Below the pieces are notes generated by a model, which worked only from the letters and a program-made list of their open reading frames with translations, searched no databases and was not told the origin of the DNA. Shown here piece after piece: positions 28,561 through 37,614 of a DNA stretch of 64,000 bases. The stretch is from an uncultured Clostridia bacterium (lineage in GTDB: Bacteria > Bacillota > Clostridia > Oscillospirales > Oscillospiraceae). The stretch spans positions 5,360 through 69,359 of the forward strand of contig CAMEER010000004.1 in the NCBI GenBank assembly GCA_945915065.1, read 5' to 3'. How positions within the stretch are numbered: the first letter of the stretch is position 1; each line of letters begins with the position of its first letter. The position numbers and the translations under genes were made by a program.

Positions 28561-28757
28561 CATTTCCCGTATTTCTCTTTCGGGCTTTTCAGATTTTGGG
28601 TGTTTCCCGACTGCACATTTCTTGACATTTCCACTAAGTTAAGTCCATTAGCCATTCCGTGATAAGGGAAATCAAAAATTTTACCGTTTTAGGGTGGATG
28701 TTCATGGCGTGAAATGATACAGTAAAGGTGGAAAAGCCTATAGAAGGAGGAAAGCAT

Positions 28758-29567
28758 ATGAACACATTTACTTCGATCGATTTTAACGAGAAAAAGGGCT
28801 TTATCTGTGATATGGACGGTGTCATCTACCATGGAAACCGTATCCTGCCCGGTGTGGCGGAGTTTATCCAGTGGCTCCATGATGAGGGAAAGGAATATCT
28901 GTTCCTGACCAATAACAGCGGTTACACGCCCCGGGAGCTGAATCAGAAATTGGCCCGTATGGGGCTGGATGTGCCGGAGGAGCATTTCTACACCAGTGCG
29001 CTGGCGACGGCGGCCTTCCTGCGGGAGCAGGCACCGGGATGCTCGGTGTTTGCCATCGGTGAGGCAGGGCTGCTCAACGCTCTTTACGATGCCGGGATCA
29101 CCATGAATGATGTGAATCCTGATTATGTGGTAGTGGGGGAGGGGCGCTCCTATTCGCTGGACACGCTGACTAAGGCCACCAATCTGGTGATGGCAGGCGC
29201 AAAGCTCATCGGCGCCAACTCGGATGTTTCCGGTCCTATTGAAAACGGCATCGCACCGGCCTGCCGTGCGCTGATCGCACCTATAGAGATGGCGACCGGC
29301 AAGCAGGCTTACTTCTGCGGTAAACCCAACCCGCTGATGATGCGGACAGGCCTGCGGATGCTGCAATGCCATTCTGCTGAGGCAGTTATGGTGGGAGACC
29401 GCATGGATACCGATGTGATCTCCGGTATGGAGAGCGGCATGTCGACGGTACTGGTGCTTTCCGGTGTTTCCACCCGCGAGACGCTCAAGACCTATGCCTA
29501 TCGGCCCAGCATAGTGCTGGATGGTGTGGGCGATATTGCGGCTATCGCGCGGGCACAAAAAACCTGA
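28758..29567 (+). CDS. HAD-IIA hydrolase (NagD-like)
   Basis: CDMDGVIY, LTNNS, GKPNP, VGDRMDTD. Confidence 0.93.
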   Translation: MNTFTSIDFNEKKGFICDMDGVIYHGNRILPGVAEFIQWLHDEGKEYLFLTNNSGYTPRELNQKLARMGLDVPEEHFYTSALATAAFLREQAPGCSVFAIGEAGLLNALYDAGITMNDVNPDYVVVGEGRSYSLDTLTKATNLVMAGAKLIGANSDVSGPIENGIAPACRALIAPIEMATGKQAYFCGKPNPLMMRTGLRMLQCHSAEAVMVGDRMDTDVISGMESGMSTVLVLSGVSTRETLKTYAYRPSIVLDGVGDIAAIARAQKT

Positions 29568-29790
29568 AATACAGGAAGCAATAGAAAAGGAACAGCACAA
29601 ATGAATTGTACCCTTAAGGACAGTAACTTAATGGTGCGAGCATTGCGAAGGGCAAGAAAATTGAGAGAAGTTTTTTGAAGTGACGGCCGTGGATTGTCAT
29701 AAAAGCAATATTTTACTCTAATTCAGCTTTACGCGCTATGTTATTTGAGCTATAATATAACCCTATCGTTATAGCCGGAGGCATTTTCTT

Positions 29791-30807
29791 ATGGGAAGAA
29801 AGCTCAGAACATTTTTCCATCAGTTAAAGCATCTTAGTTTCATACGGATGAAGCTGCACATAAACGCCGTCCATGAAGAGACGGGAAAGAACCGCATCGC
29901 AATATTCCTGGACATGGTATGGTGTGAGGTGCGCTATGGCATTGGGTATCTGGACTATCATGTATTTGGATTTGCGGAACGTCACGGCGCGGTACGCAAG
30001 ACTTACATGACTGCCGTTCATAATCAGGCGCTGACCCGGCAAATGAACGATCCCGCGTATTTCTATCAGTTGAATGACAAGATCGAATTTGACACCATTT
30101 TCGCTGATTTGCTGAAGCGGCGGTTTCTGGATTTACGAAAGACGGATGCCGCAGGTTTGCGGGACTTTTGTGCCGGGGCTGAGGCAATATTCTGCAAACC
30201 TGCTGGTCTGTGCGGCGGCGAAGGCATTCAGCGTGTTGTCACGGCGGATATCGGAGATTACGATGCCCTGTATGACAGCCTGGTCAAAAACGGTCAATTA
30301 CTTATTGAAGATCCGATTCGCCAGCACCCTGATATGAATCAGCTGTGCCCTGACTCGGTAAACACTGTACGTATCGTTACTCTGGTGACGGATAACGGTG
30401 CGCAGATGGTCTATGCCTTGGTTCGTATGGGAATGGGGGGCGTGTGCGTGGACAACGTATCCTCCGGCGGTATGTATGCTCCGGTAAATGAGCATGGCCA
30501 ACTGTATCGCCCTGCTTTCTGTGACAAAACCGGTAAGTATTATGAACGTCATCCCCTCACCGGAACAGACATTGTGGGATTTCAGATTCCCTTGTTCGAC
30601 CAAGCGCTGGATCTGTGCCGTATGGCTTCCCAGCGAGTGGAAGAGCATTTGAAGTACATAGGTTGGGATGTGGCGATTACCCCGGATGGCCCTGTGTTGG
30701 TAGAAGGCAACAATCTGCCCGGCTATGATATGTGCCAGAATGCCGGTCATGTGGATGTGGGGCTGCTGCCCAGGTTTGAAAAGCTGTTGGGACGTCATAT
30801 CATATAA
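29791..30807 (+). CDS. Sugar-transfer-associated ATP-grasp domain protein
   Basis: LNDKIEF, KPAG..GGEGI, QHPDM, SVNTVRIVT, VDNVSSGG, IGWDVAIT..GPVLVEGN. Confidence 0.8.
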   Translation: MGRKLRTFFHQLKHLSFIRMKLHINAVHEETGKNRIAIFLDMVWCEVRYGIGYLDYHVFGFAERHGAVRKTYMTAVHNQALTRQMNDPAYFYQLNDKIEFDTIFADLLKRRFLDLRKTDAAGLRDFCAGAEAIFCKPAGLCGGEGIQRVVTADIGDYDALYDSLVKNGQLLIEDPIRQHPDMNQLCPDSVNTVRIVTLVTDNGAQMVYALVRMGMGGVCVDNVSSGGMYAPVNEHGQLYRPAFCDKTGKYYERHPLTGTDIVGFQIPLFDQALDLCRMASQRVEEHLKYIGWDVAITPDGPVLVEGNNLPGYDMCQNAGHVDVGLLPRFEKLLGRHII

Positions 30808-30971
30808 TTTCAGAATAACGAAAAGGAGCCCAGTTCAAAATTGAGCTGGGTTCCTTAAGGTAGTAGACGGATCGTTTCGTGCCAATCATCCTGTTTACTG
30901 AACGGAAAGATTCAGCTTTTTTACCAAGATACGGTCAGCTGATTTCACAGAAATGACCGGTATGTCTCATA

Positions 30972-31919
30972 CTACTGCGCCAGCAGCGCAGTGACATCAT
31001 CAAGCGACGGCATGGCGGGAATGGCCCCCCGTTTGGTAATGCACAGCGCCGCCGTGGCGCACCCCCACCGGGCACAGTCCGCCGCGTCCTCCGCCGTCAA
31101 AACGGCCTTGTCCAGCGCCAGCATCCGGTGCAGGAAGCCGCCCCAGAAAGCGTCGCCCGCACCGGTGGTGTCCACCGCTGCCACGGAAAAGCCGGGCACG
31201 GTACGGATGCCCTCCGCCGTGGCCACCAGCGCGCCCTTTGCCCCCAGTGTTACCGCCGCGCAGGACACCCCCTGTGCCAGCAGCCGGCGGGCGGCCTCCG
31301 CCGGGTCGGCTGTACCGGTCAGCAGCATCGTCTCCTCATCCGACAGCTTCATCACATCGGCAAAGGGCACCATGCTCTGCATTCGGGCCGCTGCCGCAGC
31401 GCTGTCCGGCCACAGGGCGGCACGGTAGTTGGGGTCGTAGGAGATCAGCGCGCCGGCGGCTTTCGCCTGCTCCACCGCCGCGAAGGTGGCACTTCTGGCC
31501 GGTTCGTCCGTGAGGGACAGCGAGCCCACATGCAGTATCCGGGTGTGGCGCAGCACCTCCCCGTCCAGTTCCTCCGTCCGCAGGCAGGTGTCCGCGCCGG
31601 GCTTGCGGGCAAAGGAAAAGTGCCGTTCGCCCCGGTCGTCCAGCGCCACGAAGGCCAGCGTGGTGAACACGTCCTGCGCCATCACCAGACCCTCCACGCC
31701 GATGCTGGCTGCAAGAAGCGTCTGGCGCAGGAAACGGCCGTGCATGTCGTCGCCCACCTTTCCCAGAAAGGCCGTTCTGCGGCCGAAACGGGCTGCAGCT
31801 GACAGCACATTGGCAGGCGCGCCACCGGGATTGCGCTCGAAAAGCCGCATCCCCGCTTCGGATGTGCCGCAGTCGGTGAAGTCGATCAGCAATTCTCCCA
31901 ACGCCGTAATATCATACAT
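30972..31919 (-). CDS. PfkB family carbohydrate kinase (fructokinase-like)
   Basis: GELLIDF, PGGAPANV, SYDPNYR, DTTGAGDAF. Confidence 0.93.
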   Translation of the reverse strand: MYDITALGELLIDFTDCGTSEAGMRLFERNPGGAPANVLSAAARFGRRTAFLGKVGDDMHGRFLRQTLLAASIGVEGLVMAQDVFTTLAFVALDDRGERHFSFARKPGADTCLRTEELDGEVLRHTRILHVGSLSLTDEPARSATFAAVEQAKAAGALISYDPNYRAALWPDSAAAAARMQSMVPFADVMKLSDEETMLLTGTADPAEAARRLLAQGVSCAAVTLGAKGALVATAEGIRTVPGFSVAAVDTTGAGDAFWGGFLHRMLALDKAVLTAEDAADCARWGCATAALCITKRGAIPAMPSLDDVTALLAQ

Positions 31920-31924
31920 ATAGC

Positions 31925-32614
31925 TCACTCCTTTGCCTCCGGATACTCGTTGCACAGCAGACGGTAGGGCGGCTCATCTTCCTCAATCGCCGGAAAGCGG
32001 CCCACCGGCGGATTGAACCGGTTGTCGGTGTTGTCATCGTTGCACTGGCTGACCTCCCCGATGAGGACATTGCCGGTGCCCGGCTCCACCTCGAAGTCGT
32101 GATAGAGGTAGGGCTGGATGGAGATGCTCATGCCCGGCTCCAGCCGCAGCTGGGTCCCGGCGGGCACGGTGTAAGTGACGCCGTCCATGTGAACGGTCAC
32201 ATCGCTTTCCCGGTCGATCCCCTCGTCGGGCAGGGAGTTATACACCCGGATCAGCAGCGTGCCGCCGCCCCGGTTGATGATGTCCTCCATCTTGTGCCAG
32301 TGGAAGTGGTTGGGGGAGTACTGGCCCTCCTTGAGGAACAGCAGCTTCTCGGCGTAGGTCTTGGGATATTTGTCCGCCATAGTCAGGTTGCCGTTGCGCA
32401 GGGTGATGAGGGAAAAGCCCACCTTCTCAAAATCCCCCAGACCGTAGTCGGTGATATCCCAGCCCAGCATATTGTGGCGGATCTCGTCATACTCATGGCC
32501 TTTGGTGGCCCACGCCTCCGGCGTAAAGTGGCAGAAGGGCGGCAGGGAAAACCGGTATTCCTTCACCATGGCCTCCAGCTCCCGCAGGGCGCGGTTGATC
32601 TGTGAGCGTTTCAT
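31925..32614 (-). CDS. D-lyxose/D-mannose family cupin sugar isomerase
   Basis: MKRSQIN, LGWDITD, YAEK, PNHFHWHKMEDIINRGGG, EVSQCNDD. Confidence 0.9.
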   Translation of the reverse strand: MKRSQINRALRELEAMVKEYRFSLPPFCHFTPEAWATKGHEYDEIRHNMLGWDITDYGLGDFEKVGFSLITLRNGNLTMADKYPKTYAEKLLFLKEGQYSPNHFHWHKMEDIINRGGGTLLIRVYNSLPDEGIDRESDVTVHMDGVTYTVPAGTQLRLEPGMSISIQPYLYHDFEVEPGTGNVLIGEVSQCNDDNTDNRFNPPVGRFPAIEEDEPPYRLLCNEYPEAKE

Positions 32615-32840
32615 AGGCTGTACCCTCTCTCATTCAGAATTTTGGTATGAAAATGCGGTATCGCACCGAGAAAACGATGAGATACCATATTCTACCACGG
32701 CTGAATGAAATTGCAATATCCCAACCGGCATTTCTGGGTATTTCGCCATATACGGCGGAAGTTTTTGTGGGATGTGTAATATTCCCCGAATACGTCTTAA
32801 GTTTCCTCTTACGATGTTTCCGCTTTCCTCTTGCGAATTG

Positions 32841-32869
32841 TTGACAAGCCAGAAAAACATTGCTATAAT
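32841..32869 (+). promoter_or_regulatory. Consensus SigA promoter for the ABC operon
   Basis: TTGACA, 17 nt, TATAAT with extended -10 TG. Confidence 0.85.
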
Positions 32870-32932
32870 GACCACGTCAAGGCTGACTTTCCTTTGGCCG
32901 GCATTGATAATTCTTACATGGAGGATTTTTGT

Positions 32933-34081
32933 ATGAAGAAGTTTCTTGCACTTCTGCTGGCGCTGGTCCTGGCTCTGTCTCTTGCAGCCTGCGGCGGCAA
33001 CAACAACGACACCCAGCAGGGTGGCGACGGCGATGCCGCGACGTATCCCGAATACTTCGCCGGTATGGATCAGTTGATCGCCGACGCTCAGGCCGAGGGC
33101 GAACTGGTGGTTTACGGCTCCTGCGAAGAGGAGTATCTGACCGCTGCCTGCCAGCACTTCGAGGAGCTGTTCGGCATCAAGGTCAACGCACAGCGTCTGT
33201 CCACCGGTGAGGTGCAGGCCAAGATCGAGGAGGAGAACGGCAATCCCTCCGCTGACGTCTGGTTCGGCGGCACCACCGATCCGTACAACGTCTGCGCTGC
33301 GGAAGGTCTGCTGGAGCCCTATGCGGCCACCAACGCCTCCCACCTGATCGACGACATGTACAAGGATGCTGACGGCAACTGGTACGGCATTTACAAGGGC
33401 ATTCTGGGCTTCATGGTCAACACCGACGAGCTGACCCGTATGGGTCTGGAAGCTCCCGCTGACTGGACCGACCTGCTGAAGGACGAGTACAAGGGCCTGA
33501 TCTGGCTGTCCAACTACAACACCGCCGGCACCGCTAAGCTGGTGGTCAACACCATGATCCAGAAGTACGGCCACGACGAGGGCATCAAGTATCTGGTCGA
33601 CCTGGACAAGAACATCGAGGTCTACACCAAGTCCGGCTCCGGCCCCAGCAAGAATGTGGGCACCGGCGAGTGCGTGATCGGCATCGGCTTCCTGCATGAT
33701 GGCATCACCCAGATCGTGGACAACGGCTACACCAACGTGAGCCTGATCATCCCCTCCAGCGGCACCTCCTTCGAGGTGGGCGCTACCGCTATCTTCAAGG
33801 GCGCTGCCCACTCCAACGCCGCCAAGCTGTGGATTGAGTACGCTCTGTCCCCCGAGTGCGTTGAGCTGGCTGCCCAGAACGGTTCCTATCAGTTCCTGGT
33901 CATCGACAATGCCACCCAACCCTCTCAGGCTTCTGAGTTCGGTCTGGATCCCAACAATGTCATGGAGTATGACTTTGAGGACGCCAAGAACAATACCAAG
34001 GCGTATGTGGAGGATATCATCAATGCTCTGGCTGCTGCCGGCGCCAACACCGAGGATACCAGCCGTTTCCAGACGGAGTGA
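32933..34081 (+). CDS. ABC substrate-binding lipoprotein, AfuA-like
   Basis: Lipobox LAAC; NPSADVWFGGT, GILGFMVN, YTKSG, GIGFLHD. Confidence 0.85.
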   Translation: MKKFLALLLALVLALSLAACGGNNNDTQQGGDGDAATYPEYFAGMDQLIADAQAEGELVVYGSCEEEYLTAACQHFEELFGIKVNAQRLSTGEVQAKIEEENGNPSADVWFGGTTDPYNVCAAEGLLEPYAATNASHLIDDMYKDADGNWYGIYKGILGFMVNTDELTRMGLEAPADWTDLLKDEYKGLIWLSNYNTAGTAKLVVNTMIQKYGHDEGIKYLVDLDKNIEVYTKSGSGPSKNVGTGECVIGIGFLHDGITQIVDNGYTNVSLIIPSSGTSFEVGATAIFKGAAHSNAAKLWIEYALSPECVELAAQNGSYQFLVIDNATQPSQASEFGLDPNNVMEYDFEDAKNNTKAYVEDIINALAAAGANTEDTSRFQTE

Positions 34082-34225
34082 TCTGACGGACATATAACGT
34101 TATTTCCCCAGCAACCTTTACGGGGCGGCGGCTATAGCCGTCGCCCCGCTCGTTTTTCCGTTTCCCCGACTATCATCTTATCGACCATTCCTTTCCACGG
34201 CAGGGATGAGAAAGGAGTCCCCCTT

Positions 34226-35938
34226 ATGGCAAGAACGCAAAGCGCGGCGCTGGATCGCAAAAAACTGATGGCCGACCCCATCATGGTGACCACCATCGTC
34301 GTGCTGATCACATTTCTGACTTTGTTTATCCTCTACCCGCTGGCCATTCTGCTGGTGGATAGTTTTGTGGGTGACGGCACCTTCGGCCTGTCTATCTTCC
34401 GGAGGATCTTCGCAATGCCCACCTTTACCAAGGCCATTACCAACACATTGAAGGTGGGCTTTCTGGTGGGTATCCTGTCATCGCTGATCGGCCTGCTGTT
34501 TGCCTATGTGGAGGTCTACGTCCGCATGGGAAAATTCGTGGGAGGCCTGTTTAAGGTCGTCTCTATGCTGCCCGTTGTTTCGCCGCCCTTTGTGCTGAGC
34601 CTTTCCATGATCATGCTCTTCGGCAAGGCCGGCATCATCACCCGGTTCCTGCTGGGTATCTATGACAACAGCGTGTACGGCTTCTGGGGCATTGTCATCG
34701 TGCAGACGCTGACCTTTTTTCCGGTGTGTTATATGATGCTCAAGGGCCTTTTGAAAAACATCGACCCCTCGCTGGAGGAGGCCGCCCGGGATATGGGCGC
34801 CAGTCGATGGAAAGTGTTCACCAGCGTGACCCTCCCCCTGATGCTGCCTGGCCTGGGAAACGCCTTCCTGGTGACCTTTATCGAGTCTATCGCTGACTTC
34901 GCCAACCCCATGATCATCGGCGGTTCCTACGACACGCTGGCCACCACCATCTACCTGCAGATCACCGGCGCCTATGACAAGGCCGGCGCCGCAGCCATGG
35001 CGGTGGTGCTGCTGTGCATCACGCTGCTGATGTTCGCGGTGCAGAAGTACTATCTGGAGGCCAAGACCGCCGCCACACTGACCGGCAAGGCGTCCCGGAG
35101 CCGGATACTTATCGAGGACAGAAGCGTGAAAACGCCGCTGACTATTCTATGTGCGCTGGCGGCCGGATTCGTCATCCTCATGTATATCTGCGTGCCCATC
35201 GGTGCGTGCTTCCCCACCTGGGGCTTTAAGTTTTTCCCGCTGACGGGAAAGTGGTTCTCGCTGGTGTTCACCCGCTACCACGGCTTCCAAGCCTTCCGGG
35301 ATTCCTTTGTACTGAGCTTGATCGCCGCCCCCATTACGGCGCTTTTGAGCATGATCATCTCCTATCTGGTAGTAAAGCGGAACTTCCGGTCCAAGGGCTT
35401 TATCGAGGCGGTGTCCATGCTGGCAATGGCCGTGCCCGGCACGGTGTTGGGCGTGGGCTATATCCGGGGCTTCTCCGGCGGTATCTTCCACACCGGCTTC
35501 CTGCAGGGGCTGTACGGCACAGGGTTGATTCTCATTATCGTGTTCGTGGTGCGCTCGCTGCCCACCGGAACCCGTAGCGGCATCTCCGCCCTGCGACAGA
35601 TCGACAAGTCCATCGAGGAATCTGCCTATGACATGGGTGCGGACAGCTTTAAGGTGTTTATGACTGTGACGCTGCCGCTGATCAAAGATTCTTTCCTCAG
35701 CGGCCTGGTGACGGCCTTTGTGCGCAGCATCACCGCCATCTCCGCCATCATCCTGCTGGTGACGCCGCAGTTCCTGCTGATCACCGTGCAGATCAACGAA
35801 TTTGCCGAAAAGGGCTCCTACAGTCTGGCCTGCGCCTTCGCCACCATCCTGATCGTTATCACCTACGGCGCGGTGCTGCTAATGAATCTGTTCATGAAGT
35901 ACTTCGGCACCAGCAGAAAGCTCAAGGAGGACAAGTAA
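34226..35938 (+). CDS. ABC permease (AfuB/FbpB type, duplicated TMD)
   Basis: Two EAA loops (LEEAARDMGA, IEESAYDMGA). Confidence 0.92.
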   Translation: MARTQSAALDRKKLMADPIMVTTIVVLITFLTLFILYPLAILLVDSFVGDGTFGLSIFRRIFAMPTFTKAITNTLKVGFLVGILSSLIGLLFAYVEVYVRMGKFVGGLFKVVSMLPVVSPPFVLSLSMIMLFGKAGIITRFLLGIYDNSVYGFWGIVIVQTLTFFPVCYMMLKGLLKNIDPSLEEAARDMGASRWKVFTSVTLPLMLPGLGNAFLVTFIESIADFANPMIIGGSYDTLATTIYLQITGAYDKAGAAAMAVVLLCITLLMFAVQKYYLEAKTAATLTGKASRSRILIEDRSVKTPLTILCALAAGFVILMYICVPIGACFPTWGFKFFPLTGKWFSLVFTRYHGFQAFRDSFVLSLIAAPITALLSMIISYLVVKRNFRSKGFIEAVSMLAMAVPGTVLGVGYIRGFSGGIFHTGFLQGLYGTGLILIIVFVVRSLPTGTRSGISALRQIDKSIEESAYDMGADSFKVFMTVTLPLIKDSFLSGLVTAFVRSITAISAIILLVTPQFLLITVQINEFAEKGSYSLACAFATILIVITYGAVLLMNLFMKYFGTSRKLKEDK

Positions 35939-35941
35939 ACC

Positions 35942-37018
35942 ATGGATAAAGTGAAAAAAGGCGTCCGTCTGGACCATATTTCCAAGATCTATCAGGACCC
36001 CAAGACCGGTAAGGATTTCTATGCGGTGAAGGATACCTCCCTGACCATTGCGCCAGGCAGCTTCGTGACACTGCTGGGGCCCTCCGGCTGCGGCAAGACC
36101 ACTACGCTGCGGATGATCGCCGGCTTTGAAAGTCCCGACGAGGGCGAGATCTATCTGGGCGACGAGGCCATCAACGCCCTGACCCCTAACAAGCGGGACA
36201 CTGCCATGGTGTTCCAGAGCTACGCATTGCTGCCCCACTACAACGTGTTCGACAACGTGGCCTACGGTCTGAAGCTGCGGAAGATTCCCAAGGACGAGAT
36301 CCGGGAACGGGTCATGAAGATCCTGGATCTGGTGGAGCTGACCGGCATGGAGGGCCGCATGACCAATCAGCTCTCCGGCGGGCAGCAGCAGCGTGTGGCG
36401 CTGGCCCGGGCACTGGTCATCGAGCCGTCCGTGCTGCTGTTCGACGAGCCGCTGTCCAATCTGGACGCCAAGCTGCGGGTGTCCATGCGCACGGAGATCC
36501 GCCGTATCCAGCAGGAGGTCGGCATCACCGCTATCTATGTTACCCACGACCAGTCGGAGGCCATGGCCCTGTCCGACAACATCATTATCATGAGGGGCGG
36601 CGTGGTGGAACAGATGGGCACACCGCAGGAAATCTATTACCACCCCATCAACGAGTTTGTGGCGGACTTTATTGGCGAGGCCAATTTCCTCAGGGGTACC
36701 ATGACCGGTCGGGACGGTGACCACGCCCTGTTGGAGATTGCCGGCCAACAGATGGCCGTGGCCGACCGGGACGGCCTAAGGGAAGGTGAAACCTACGCTG
36801 TGGTGCTGCGCCCTGAATCCGGCACCCTGGCCAACGAGGGAGGTCTGCCCTGTAAGGTGGTAGTGTCTTGCTTCATGGGCAGCTATCAGAACTATCATGT
36901 GATGGTGGGCGACACGCTGGTGAAGCTGGCGGAGCACAACCCCAAGAACAAACGCATCTATCGCGTAGGTGAAACGTGCCGTTTAATATTCAACCCCGAC
37001 GAGGTACATGTGCTCTGA
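35942..37018 (+). CDS. ABC ATP-binding protein (AfuC/FbpC type)
   Basis: [23 protein letters not shown]-terminal TOBE-like region. Confidence 0.95.
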   Translation: MDKVKKGVRLDHISKIYQDPKTGKDFYAVKDTSLTIAPGSFVTLLGPSGCGKTTTLRMIAGFESPDEGEIYLGDEAINALTPNKRDTAMVFQSYALLPHYNVFDNVAYGLKLRKIPKDEIRERVMKILDLVELTGMEGRMTNQLSGGQQQRVALARALVIEPSVLLFDEPLSNLDAKLRVSMRTEIRRIQQEVGITAIYVTHDQSEAMALSDNIIIMRGGVVEQMGTPQEIYYHPINEFVADFIGEANFLRGTMTGRDGDHALLEIAGQQMAVADRDGLREGETYAVVLRPESGTLANEGGLPCKVVVSCFMGSYQNYHVMVGDTLVKLAEHNPKNKRIYRVGETCRLIFNPDEVHVL

Positions 37019-37165
37019 GAGGAAACCATGCTTTCTCACTGTTTGGAACTTTTCCGCGCCGGACAGCGGTATGGCTGCCGGACATGCGGGCACAATGTGA
37101 AACGCTGCCGGACGCGGTACCCGTCACCATGCAGCTAACGCTGTGTGACGGAAGGCGGCGGGATT

Positions 37166-37317
37166 CTAGTCTATTACAGCCAACACAAGGAAGGCCCACA
37201 TCAAGTAATTTGGCATTACCGAAAGAAATCAAGCGAATTTGCCAATGTATGCCCAATATATTTGGCCACATAGAACAAACCGGCACAAAAAAGCAGCTTA
37301 TCTCCTCTGAACAACAT
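37166..37317 (-). pseudogene. Possible decayed small membrane protein gene
   Basis: MLFRGDKLLFCAGLFYVAKYIGHTLANSLDF continues in another frame as LSVMPNYLMWAFLVLAVID*; degenerate RBS TAGGCGG; downstream of element copy 2. Confidence 0.35.
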
Positions 37318-37364
37318 GATTAAGTCCGCCTAAAGACAATTTTACTTATCGGAAATTAACCAAA

Positions 37365-37411
37365 TGACATTGTATGGTGTGTCGCTCCTCCTTCCATCTA
37401 TGTAATACCGC
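37365..37411 (-). repeat. 47-bp dispersed element, copy 2
   Basis: GCGGTATTACATAGATGGAAGGAGGAGCGACACACCATACAATGTCA; 6 mismatches versus copy 1, same orientation. Confidence 0.9.
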
Positions 37412-37581
37412 CCAAACGGAACGATTTTTGCAAGAAGATATTTGCCTATATTCAGTTAAACATATTTTCGCGCTTTTTGAAACATATTTTTTCGAAAATT
37501 CATAAACCGTTAAAAAGCATGTGCGATTTTATCTATTTGCTAAGCTTATTGACACTATTTGTTTCAAAAAAACGCTGAACG

Positions 37582-37610
37582 AAAACTCCACCCGTAAGGG
37601 TGGAGTTTTT
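37582..37610 (-). terminator. polC terminator
   Basis: AAAACTCCACCC-GTAA-GGGTGGAGTTTT. Confidence 0.85.
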
Positions 37611-37614
37611 GTCG

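Noticed and set aside
28400-28700. Possible mobile-element end or small gene after the redox cluster
   Set aside because: Only a terminator hairpin is supported; no terminal repeats or credible ORF.
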